From positions 157,852,001 to 157,916,000 of the forward strand of contig NC_042997.1 of assembly GCF_006345805.1 (NCBI RefSeq): DNA of 64,000 nt, given 5' to 3'. The position numbers and the translations under genes are program-made. This stretch comes from Octopus sinensis. Taxonomy: Eukaryota. Shown piece after piece: positions 26,276-37,043 of the stretch (positions are counted from its first letter, which is position 1; each line of letters begins with the position of its first letter). The notes under the pieces are model-generated. The model worked only from the letters and a program-made list of their open reading frames with translations. It did no database searches and was not told the DNA's origin.

Positions 26276-27460
26276 TCTGACATAGAAAGACTATATATAC
26301 AACGTATAGAAGGTGGTAGAGGCCTTATACAGCTGGAAAACTACTATAAAATAACCACCGTAGGACTGCAAAAATATCTACTTCAGAAGGAAGGAAAACT
26401 GATCCAGAAAGCGGCAAAACACGAGCAAAACAAAAAACTGTTCTCAGTATTTAAGGAAGCTGACAAATACAAACAAGAAATCATACCACCTAATAAACAT
26501 GAAGAAGAAGAAGAAGATGAAGAAACAACAAAAGCTATAAAATAAATGAAATCCAAACTAAAACTAGAACAGCAAAGAACCATGATAAAACGATGGCAAG
26601 AAAAGCCCCTTCATGGTAAATACTGGACTAAACTAAACGCAAAAGAAATAGACAAAGAAAAATCCCAGCAATGGTTGAGAAGCTCAGGACTCAAAGCAGA
26701 AACAGAGGGATTTTTAATTGCAGCACAAGACCAAAGCCTCCCCACCAGAAATTACCAAAAACATGTAATGAAAAGAAATATTATAAGTAACTGCAGAATA
26801 TGTGGAGATGGACAAGAAACAATAAATCATATTATCTCTAGCTGCCCAGTCTTGGCTAAGAAGGAATATATTCACAGACATGACAGAGTTGGAACCTACA
26901 TACATTGGAAGCTATGCCAACATTATGGAATAACAACAGAAAAAAGATGGTATAGGCACACACCAGAAAAGGTCACAGAAAACGAGAAAGCAACCATACT
27001 CTGGGATATGCCGATACACACAGATAGAGAAATTAAGGCCAACAGACCAGATATAGTTGTAAGAGATCATGAAGAAAAAAAAATGCTTTCTAATTGATGT
27101 ATCACTACCGGCTGATGACAACGTGTCTCTAAAAGAAATAGAGAAACTTTCAAAATACAAAGACCTGGAAATAGAGGTAACTAGAATGTGGAATCTGAAA
27201 ACAGAAACAATTCCTATCATAGTAGGTGCATTAGGCATGATAAAAAAATATTCAGACAAATACATAACAAAAACACCAGGACTTACAAACACATATAACA
27301 TACAGAAAATTGCACTACTAGGCACTGCACTCATCCTACGCAGAACACTTTCCATACAATAATCATCAGAGCATCACAACAAATCACAGCACATACCCAA
27401 GGCACACAGAGCTGTGCTCGGTAGTGAAATGAAAGCACGCTAAAAAAATAAAACTACTGA
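26273..27460 (+). mobile_element. R4/Dong-clade LINE, lineage 1, 5'-truncated (RT C-term, CCHC zinc knuckle, RLE nuclease)
   Basis: LKAETEGFLIAAQDQSLPTRNY, CRICG…ETINHIISSC…RHD, NRPDIVV…LIDVS…EKLSKYKDL; one frameshift in the A-run near 27075; flanked by (TAA)n. Confidence 0.92.
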
Positions 27461-27489
27461 ATGATAATAATAATAATAATAATAATAAT

Positions 27490-28043
27490 GCCCTGATGCA
27501 GTACCAGGCAGTGGCTCTCATGGCTTCTGATCTTAACTGATTGGAAGTGTTATCATGTACATTGTTTTGTCTTGGTATAAAAGATGGGCTACAGCAAATA
27601 TTCTGCTCAATACCACAGATTTGCTTGTCAGTTGTTTGACCATAACCAGTTGAGCATGTCCCTCAGTGGCTGACGATATGTGCATCTCTGATCACGAGCA
27701 GATGTAGTGGGGGAGCATCATAGCCATGTGTTGAGAGGGATTCTTTGGGGTTTGAATAGTTCACCTCTGGAAACATGGGTGGTTCTTTCAACATCCTTAA
27801 ACAACCCTTATTCAGGGACCGTTTGAGCGGGATGGGCTACTCAACCTGAAGAAAATTCTAACTGGGCCCCACCTGCAAGGTCATGTGCTGTTTATCTTGA
27901 TATGAGATCACCATGTCGCGCACATATGGTTGTGATGCATGTGCCTGGTGTACCTTTATCAGACGGGTAGTCATGATGGGTATATTGGGCTTCGTATATT
28001 TTACCCCAGTGTCACTTTGATGGCATGAACTGCTCTCTCACTC
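27490..28043 (+). mobile_element. ~554-bp TAA-associated non-autonomous element, copy B (longest copy)
   Basis: gccctgatgcagtaccaggcag … gtcactttgatggcatgaactgctctctcactc between (TAA)n tracts; no recognisable protein product. Confidence 0.85.
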
Positions 28044-28075
<32 letters not shown>

Positions 28076-28085
28076 TAATGATAAT

Positions 28086-28639
28086 GTACTGATGCAGTAC
28101 CAGGCAGTGGCTCTCATGGCTTCTGATCTTAACTGATTGGAAGTGTTATCATGTACATTATTTCGTCTTGGTATAAAATATGGGCTACAGTAAATATTCT
28201 GCTCAATACCACAGATTTGCTTGTCAGTTGTTTGACCTTAACAGGTTGACCATGTCCCTTAGTGGCTGACGATATGTGCACCTCTGATCATGAGCAAAAG
28301 TAGTGGGGGAGCATCATAGCCGTGTGTTGAAAGGAATTCTTAGAGGTTTGGATAATTCACATTTGGAAACATGGGTTGTTCGTTCTACATCCTTAAATAA
28401 CTCTTATTCAGGGACCTTTTGAGCGGGATAGGTTGCTCAACCAGAAGAAAATTCTAACTGGGCCCCGCCTGCAAGGTCATGTGCTGTTTATCTTCATATG
28501 AGATCACCATGTCACGTACATGTGGTTGTGATGCATGTGCCTGGTGTACCCTTATCAGCCGGGTAGTCATGACGCGTATACTGGGCTTCGTATATTTTAC
28601 CCCAGTGTCACTTTGATGGCATGCACTGCTCTGTCACCC
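28086..28639 (+). mobile_element. ~554-bp element, copy C (more diverged)
   Basis: Colinear with copy B; (TAA)n flanks. Confidence 0.85.
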
Positions 28640-28697
<58 letters not shown>

Positions 28698-28699
28698 CA

Positions 28700-28885
28700 A
28701 AACCTGAAATTTTAGTGGCGGGGTGGGGGACTATTCTATTACATCCTCAGTGTTCCATTGGTACTTAATTTATCGATCCCGAAAGGATGAAAGACAAAGT
28801 CAGGCGTGGCGGAATTTGAACTCAGACCGTAAAGACGGACGAAATGCTGCTGAGTATTATTGTCCAGCGCGCTAATGATTCTGCC
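28700..28885 (-). mobile_element. SINE family B, diverged
   Basis: ggtacttaatttatcgatcccgaaaggatgaaagacaaagtc…ggaatttgaactcag. Confidence 0.75.
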
Positions 28886-29021
28886 ACAGGCCTTAATAAC
28901 GATAATAATGATAATAATAAATAATATTAATATTAATAATAATAATAACAATAATAATAATAATAATAATTAATAATAATAATGATAAATAATAATAATG
29001 ATAATAATATAATGTTAATAT

Positions 29022-29054
<33 letters not shown>

Positions 29055-29779
29055 GGATGATGATGATGAGTTTGATGATGAGATGACGACGACGATGACG
29101 AAGAATGTGGTTGCTATGGTATTGGTAGTGGTGTTAGTGGCGGTGGTGATGGCGGCAGTGATGGTGGCGGTGATGGTCGCGGTGCTGGTGGCAATGATGA
29201 TGATAATGATATTGATGTTGATGCCGACGACGATGGCAGTGTTGATGATGGCGGTAGTGTTTATAATGGTGACAATTTATTTCTTACAATATTATCATTT
29301 CTTTATTACATTTTTTCAAAAAAGTCAAAAATAGTAAAAAAATATATGGAAGAATATGTGCAACCAATTCCAGTGTTGTGCCAAAGAAAGAAAAAAAAAA
29401 ATCCTGGCGCTTCAATATTGAATTGATTAAATTTGGTTGATGGATGAGTGGAGAAAATATGATGAAAGCAGATGTTGTTTATTTTTATCTTATATGATAG
29501 GTTTTAAAGCATGAGTTAAAGACAGTCATAGAGTGTGAGTGATAGAGAGAGTGAGAGAACGAGAGAGAGAAACAGAGACAAAGAGACAGAGATAAAATCA
29601 AATTGACAGAGGGTAGAATGGGGAAGGCATTGGAGAATAAAGAAGTGATCGCAATCATGATGACGACGATGATGATGATAATAATGATTTCAAATTTTGG
29701 CAGAAAGCTAGTGATTTCGAGGAACAGGGTAAGTCGATTACATCGACCCCAGTGCTCAGCTGGTATTTCACTCCCAGTG

Positions 29780-30950
29780 AAATCTGACATAGAAAGGCTA
29801 TATATACAACATATCGAAGGTGGAAGAGGCCTTATACAGCTAGAAAACCATTACAAAATAACCACCATAGCACTATAGAAATACCTACTTCAGAAGCAAT
29901 GAAAACTAATACAAACGGCCACATAGCAGGAACAAAACAAAATAACTGTTTTCAATCCTTAAGGAAGCTGACAAATACAAAAAAAATGTCATGGTACTTA
30001 ACAGGTATGAAGAGAAAGAAGAAGCAACAAAAGTTGTAGAACAACTGAAATCCATACTAAAACTGGAACAGCAACGGATCATGATGAAAACGAAAGCAAG
30101 AAAAGCGCCTTCATGGCAAATATTGAGTTCGCTAAACAGATGCTTGTGCCGGACGAAATGTCAGCTGCGTTTTGTCCGACGCGCGAACGAGTCTGCCAAA
30201 TTCATGGATACAGCTACTTCCTCCTTACGAAACAAATATTTATAAAATATACTATTATTATATGTTATCGCGTGTGATTTGTGGAAGATTTGGCTGCTGT
30301 TCCTAGCAGGTCGAGCGATGAACAAGACAAAACAAAATCTCAACAATGGCTGAGAAGCTCAGGACTCAAAGCAGAGACTGAAGTATTGTTAACTGCAGCA
30401 CAAGATCAAAACCTTCTCACCAGAAATCACCAAAAACACGCAATGAAAAGAAATACAGCTGCAGAATATGTGGTGATTGACAAGAAAAAATAAATCTTAT
30501 TGTCCTTAACTGCTCAATCCTGGCTAAGAAGAAATATATTCACAGACACGACGGGGTTGGGACCTATATATACTGGAAGCTATGCCAACACTATTGAATA
30601 ACAACAGTAAAACGATGGTATAGGCTTACACCAGAAAAGGTCACAGTAAATGAGAAAGCAACCATACTCTGGGATATACGAATACGCACAGAGAGAGAAA
30701 TTATAGCCAATAGGCCGGATCACCAAGAAAAAATGCTTTCTAATCGATGTATCAATACCAACAGATGACAATGTTTCTCTAAAGGAAACAGAAAAACTAT
30801 CAAAATACAAAGATCTGGAAATAAAGGTGACTCGAATGTGAAATTTAAAAACAGAAACAATTCCTATCATAGTAGGCGCATTAGGTATGCTAAAAAATCA
30901 TTCAGACAAATACATAACACAAGCACGAGGAGTTATAATTATATATACAG
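29780..30950 (+). mobile_element. R4/Dong lineage 1, degraded, with a ~190-bp internal insertion
   Basis: Colinear with 26273-27360 with many stops; 30145-30325 is foreign sequence shared with 33725-33955. Confidence 0.85.
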
Positions 30951-31015
30951 ATAATGGCACTATTAGGTACCGCACACATCTTACGAAAAACACTTTCAAT
31001 ACAGTGGGAATAAGA

Positions 31016-31382
31016 GCTGACGATATGTGCATCTCTGATCATGAGCAGAAGTAGTGGGGGAGTATTATAGCCGTGTGTTGAAAAGAATTCTTTGAAGTTT
31101 GGATAATTCACATTTGGAAACATGGGTTGTTCGTTCAACATTCTTAAACAATCCTTATTCAGGGACCTTTTGAGCGGGATGGCCTACTCGACCAGAAGAA
31201 AATTCTAATTGGGCCCCGCCTGCAAGGTCATGCGCTGTTTATCTTGATATGAGATCACCATGTCGTGCACATATGGTTGTGATGCATGTGCCTGGTGTAC
31301 CCTTATCGGACGGGTAGTCATGATGGATATTCTGGGCTTCGTTTATTTTACCCCAGTGTCACTTTGATGGCATGCACTGCTC
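31016..31382 (+). mobile_element. ~554-bp element, copy D (3' two-thirds)
   Basis: gctgacgatatgtgcatctctgatc…gtcactttgatggcatgcactgctc followed by (AAT)n(AAG)n. Confidence 0.8.
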
Positions 31383-31398
31383 AATAATAATAATAATA

Positions 31399-31483
<85 letters not shown>

Positions 31484-31525
31484 AAGAATAAGAATAAGAA
31501 TAAGAATAAGAAGAAGAACAACAAC

Positions 31526-31830
31526 TGTGGCTCATGGGTTTTGATCCTGACTAGAAGTGTTATCATGTACATTGTTTTGTCTTGGTATAAAAGATGGGCT
31601 AAAGCAAATATTCTGCTCAGTACTACAGATTTGCTTGTCAGTTGATTGACCTTAACCATTTGAGCATGTCCCTTAGTGGCTGACGATATATGCATCTCTG
31701 ATCACCAGCATAAGTAGTGGTGGAACATCATAGACATGGGAAGAAATATGGGTGTTTCAGTCAGTATCCTTAAACAACCCTTATTCAAGGACCTTTTGAG
31801 TGGGATGAGCTACTCGACCCGAAGAAAATG
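31526..31830 (+). mobile_element. ~554-bp element, copy E (5' half, diverged)
   Basis: gtggctcatgggttttgatc…gaagtgttatcatgtacattg…acaacccttattca. Confidence 0.75.
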
Positions 31831-32097
31831 TTAATGTAGGTGCCCTAGGTTTGATAAAAAAAAGGGATGTCAGAAACATCTAGATAACATCTCAAGAGAA
31901 ATTCAAAAGAATGTGCTGATAATCTAAATGTCTGTGTTGTATTACATGATGATATTTCGCCACTGACCCTGCCACTTCCCTTCCACAAGCTTTCAGTCAT
32001 CTCTTATCCTTCACTCGCCCTAAGACTCTGGGTGTATCTCGGCAAGTGATTGTAACAAACATGTAGATTAAAAGTAAGTAACAATAATAATAATGTT

Positions 32098-33490
32098 GCC
32101 GCATTCGTGGGTTCTGGAAACACTCGACGTGTGTGGAGTAGTTGAGAATGTGCGTGCACCAATCAAGAACAGCATGCCCAGTTGGAAAATAGTTTTTTTC
32201 TGTTACAACCAGCACATAGCCGAAGTAACCACCAAAAGACATATCTTCTAGGTGGATTCTTTTTCATCTTAGTTATTTGTTATAGCCTTGATTCCACTTT
32301 CTATTGTTCTATGCAAAGTAAATGCGTATTACAAGCTGAGGAAGACTAGACCTCGCCTCAACTATTTTCTTTTCATGGATGATTTTTAAATGGCTCACAA
32401 AACAGTGACTGGAATAGAGAGGCTTGCCGTGAGTGGACAGATATGCAGCAAGAATATGAGAATGGTACTCAGAATCTCAAAATGTACCGTGTTCACTCTG
32501 AAACTGGGGAAAAGAGTAGATTGCAGGGATATAGAATTGCCAAACGGAGAGTAAATTGGAGACCCGGTTGATGGTTGGTAAAAGTACGTCGGGATTGTAG
32601 TACTGGACAATATCTTGCACAGATAAATGAAAGACAAGATGATTGCTGCATATTTGAAGCGCCTCAAACTTCACTTGACGTCAAAACTCAATGCAAGGAT
32701 CCTTGTGACTGCCATCAGCATATGGGCTGTTACTGTAGTTCGCTATTGTGCTCTTATTCTGAAATGGGCACCAGCGGAGATTGACCAACTCGATCTTACA
32801 ACTCGGAGGATGATGACAATGTATGTTGCCCTCTACCCTAAGGCAAACTTGAATAAGCTCTACATGAAGAGGGGTAAAGGTGGACGTGGCCTGAAAGCGT
32901 ACGGAAGTGCATAGACGTTAAAAGAAGAAGCTTTACAGAAACAGTGAACAGGACCTGTTACAATATGCTAATGAATTCCGATCACAAATAACCAACGGGA
33001 GAGAAAAGACACTATTCTACATGGAATTATATGGTCAGTACCATCGCGAATCTCACAACTTGAAAGGCGAGAAACCAGCATGGATGTGACTCAACAAAGG
33101 TGACTTTAAAATGGGCCAGATCATTGCTGCCCAGGACCAGGCATTGAGCACCAACTAAGGGAAAAGGGATATATACCACACAAGTGCAAAGAACCTCTGT
33201 AGAGTGTGCGGGAGGCAGGTCGAAAACATGACCAACATCGCTAGTGCCTGTGTAAGTCTAGCGCCGAAAAAGTAAAAGGGCAGACACGACAAGGTAATTC
33301 TAAACGTTTCCTGGCTACTGTGCCAGAAGCATAGGTATAAATTGCGGGTGCTTGGTACCAATATACACTGGAGACGGTAAGGATGAAAGCGAAAAAGCAG
33401 ATAAGATGTTAAAGTACCGAAGGCCGGATATAGTAACCTTTAAGAGAGACAAGCAAAAATGCCTAATAATTGACGTGGCAGTGCCAGGAG
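32098..33490 (+). mobile_element. R4/Dong-clade remnant, lineage 3 (RT to RLE)
   Basis: PHSWVLETLDVCG…LFVIALIPLS…YFLFMDD…KYVGIV…LNARILVTAISIWAVTVVRY…LYMKRGKGGRGL…AAQDQALSTN…CRVCG…RPDIV…IIDVAVPGD. Confidence 0.8.
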
Positions 33491-34974
33491 ATCAATATAC
33501 GACGATCAGCTGAAAGTTTCATAGGCTGATCAAGATACTTTCTGCCCTATGTGTCGAGAAGGCAAGAAATGCAAACAAAATTGGATGAAAATTGAAGAAA
33601 AATAATAGCCTAAAATTTTGTGAGAGAGGGCTACTTCATTACATCAGCATCAGTGCTTAAACTCGAAATGATGAAAGGCAATTTGAACTCTGGTATTTCA
33701 ACTCAATAACGTAAAGAGCCGGACGAAATGCCAGCAGCGTTTTGTCCAACGATTCTGTTAAGTAATAAAATTTTCGGGAGGAATATTAATCCAATCGATT
33801 TTTCCAGTCTCGATGAGTCTGCCAAATTCATGGATACAGCTACTTCCTCCTTACGAAACAAATATTAACAAAAATATACTATTTTTATATGTTAAGGTGT
33901 GCAATTTGTGGAAGATTTGGCTGCTGTTCCTAGCAGGTCGAGCGACGAACAAGAGATTCTGTCCCTGGTTCGAAAGAGAAAATATTCAAGATGATAAAGT
34001 TTGAAAAGTGTGCACGTGTGTCAGAGAAAGGGAGAAAAGGAGAGTAATGAGACACTAATAACGAAAGTAAACGGTGTATGTATGTGTGTGCGTTTGTGAG
34101 AAAGAGAGAGAGAAAGGGAGAGAGGGAGAGAGAGACGGAGTACGAATGAGATAGGGAGAGAGGGAAAGAGAGAGCGAGAGAAATAGATAGAGATTTCCCC
34201 TTGTTGCGTCATCGGTTATAATTGATTTCATTTTCTCAATAACATCAACGAAAACAAAAATGAAATACGATCAATAGTCATTGATCTGATTTACATCAGA
34301 CAAAGCGGGTTTGACTTGCGTTGTTGCTGTTCAATCGCATGTTAATTCTATATAGAAAACATTTAATAATAAAAAGTGTCTTTCCCTTACTATTATGGAT
34401 AGCATGTCTGAGACAACATTATCTATTGTGTCTTCGCCTTTTCAAGGGGGCATGATGGAAACTCGAGGGAAATTCAGCTGCATTTATTTCTAACGCGTAC
34501 AGTCTCCTTCGTTATCTTGTGTATTCAATTATGATTATTATAATTAGATGTATCCATCAATGGGAAATAATCTCATCAAACTAATTTCTTTGATTTACTG
34601 AAACTCGTTGAAACTGATTAATACAGGCGACAAGCAAATTGTTGGTTGGCGTTATACACAAAATTGAATTTCGGCCATAAATATTAAAATGAAGTTGTGG
34701 GATTAATTATTTCAAAATACTTTTACATAAAGGGTTATTCAGACGTACTAAACGTTTCTTCTAGATTATGGATCAAAGACAAATCGATCTATGATGAGAG
34801 TTGCTACTTGATCTCGAGTACACGTGTCCAAATTTTCAGAGGCACTTTGCTCTGCTGTTCCCGATGAGTTGCAGGGCTGATCTCAGGGTGGTTTACAATC
34901 CTTAACAATGCCTAACTCGACGGCTTACCTTGGCTCTCAACAACAGAAGTGATGTGCTGTGATTAATCCATAAC

Positions 34975-35960
34975 TGTCAGGGAAATACAAGAAATCATGC
35001 AAAGTGATAAGGGGCGCAAATCGCCTCGTTTGGATGATTTACTCTACGAGCTTTGAATTTATATGCAAGTCTCGTTCGGCAACCTCCTGTAAACGTCTAC
35101 CGCAACCAGTAGCAGAAGAAAATCCGTAGTAACGCTGGAAGAAGACTCGATATGATGTCAAAATTGATAATTCTCGGGCCATAATTATGTGAAACACAGG
35201 TTTTAAGATTTTGGTCACGGTGTTATAGAAAATGTTGGCACTTTTCGTCGGTAGTCTGACTAATGTTGCATAAACATATGACATCCATCTCATGCTATAC
35301 ATCTTTGAGGTAGGTAAGAAAATGTGCACGAGTGAAACCCTAAGATTAGTGGAAAGCTTTCGCTAGGGCCTATTACCAATACTTAACCGTTCATCACAGC
35401 AATCGGTTTCGACTCTTCATCAGAGGTTGGATAGGCATCATATACAGCGACATCTGCGCATGAAGCTCGGCCATTCAAAATTGTTCTCTTTCATTTCTTC
35501 TGCGTTGGTGACGTTATCGGACACTAAGTACATAGAAATGAGTACATCTAAGAGATAATGAGGCAATGATAGAAAATCAATAAACCACCATCTCAGCACC
35601 TGGAAAGCAAATGTATAGTACCTAAAAGTGTCATGGAGCGATTACATTCCTCAGTGCTTGGTTTCATTGAGATCTTCATGTCAGGAAAATGTGACTAGTT
35701 AACAAGCCTGGTAACCAGTGTCAGTCAAAAGCTATCCTAGAGAAAGCTGTCCCTGAAAGGTTGGACAGAGCTGGCGAACGTCAACATCGCCTCCCTCATT
35801 TATCACCGCTTGACTGTCGTGTTTTGCTCCAGCCTTGGACTGGCCAAACATTTATTTACTGTTTTCTGATCTCCCACTGTTTGCGAAAGGGTTGCATTCG
35901 ACTGGCTAAGCACTCTATTTCCTCTCAATAAACGCTTAGTGGAAGATTGAACATGCGCAA
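34975..35960 (+). mobile_element. Degraded L1/Tx1-clade LINE RT fragments
   Basis: KSPRLDDLLYEL…VVTL…RAIIM*NTGFKIL…LALFVGSL…HLMLY, and later YHRLTVV, which is shared with the 690-1690 copy. Confidence 0.7.
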
Positions 35961-36074
35961 AACAGACAGCGATGTCTCCAGCAAATATTTGATACTGAAT
36001 AGTTATCGCCCTCGTTTTTCAGATGCTATTCTCGACAACTCATCTTTTTGATAGAGATGCAATCCTAGGATAAG

Positions 36075-36263
36075 CAAATACCGGGCAAAATACTAAATGG
36101 TATTTCGTCGGTATTTACGTTTTGAGTTCATATCCCGCCGTGGTTGACTCTGCCTTCCATCCTTTCGGGGTCGAAACATTAAGTATCAGTGAAACACTGG
36201 GATCTATGTAATCGACTAGTCCACTTACCTAAAATTTTCAGGGCCTTGTGCCTAGAGTAGAAC

Positions 36264-36265
<2 letters not shown>
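36075..36265 (+). mobile_element. SINE family B
   Basis: gccttccatcctttcggggtcgaaacattaagtatcagtgaaacactggg…gggccttgtgcctagagtag. Confidence 0.75.
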
Positions 36266-36307
<42 letters not shown>

Positions 36308-36329
36308 TTATTATTATTATTATTATTAT

Positions 36330-36995
36330 TCAGTAGTTTTATTTTTATAGCGTGCTTTCACTTCACTACCGAGCGCAGCTCTGTGTGTCTTGGGTATGTG
36401 CTGTGATTTGTTGTGATGCTCTGATAGTTATTGTATGGAAAGTGTTCTGCGTAGGATGTGTGCGTGCCTAGTAGTGCAATTTTCTGTATGTTATATGTGT
36501 TTGTAAGTCCTGGTGTTTTTGTTATGTATTTGTCTGAATATTTTTTTATCATGCCTAATGCACCTACTATGATAGGAATTGTTTCTGTTTTCAGATTCCA
36601 CATTCTAGTTACCTCTATTTCCAAGTCTTTGTATTTTGAGAGTTTCTCCATTTCTTTTAGAGACACGTTGTCATCGGCCGGTATTGATACATCAATTAGA
36701 AAGCATTTTTTTTTCTTCATGATCTCTGACAACTATATCTGGTCTGTTGGCCTTAATTTCTCTATCTGTGTGTATCGGCATATCCCAGAGTATGGTTGCT
36801 TTCTCGTTTTCTGTGACCTTTTCTGGTGTGTGCCTATACCATCTTTTTTCTCTTGTTATTCCATAATGTTGGCATAGCTTCCAATGTATGTAGGTTCCAA
36901 CTCTGTCATGTCTGTGAATATATTCCTAAGAAGGAATATATTCACAGACATGACAGAGTTGGAACCTACATACATTGAAAGCTATGCCAACATTA

Positions 36996-36996
<1 letters not shown>
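36330..36996 (-). mobile_element. R4/Dong lineage 1, short 3' copy with an inverted 5' duplication
   Basis: RLE C-terminus CFLIDVSIPADDNVSLKEMEKLSKYKDL… plus 3' UTR into (ATT)n; 36863-36996 is a palindrome. Confidence 0.9.

Positions 36997-37042
<46 letters not shown>

Positions 37043-37043
<1 letters not shown>

Noticed and set aside
25496-31695. Recurrent ORF MHISSATKGHAQ… (25496-25774, 31381-31695)
   Set aside because: It is the antisense frame of the 554-bp repeat running into microsatellites, with no domain resemblance, and it is not consistently open across copies.
34785-34835. ATGATGA-GAG…CTC-GAGTA-CACGTG-TC hammerhead-like motif
   Set aside because: Both core segments are mutated and stem I is absent; not supportable as a ribozyme.
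35390-35430. Minus-strand CTGATGA-AGAGTC-GAAACCGATTG hammerhead-like motif
   Set aside because: Stem II is essentially missing, with no GUH site or stem I; at best a decayed PLE terminus.
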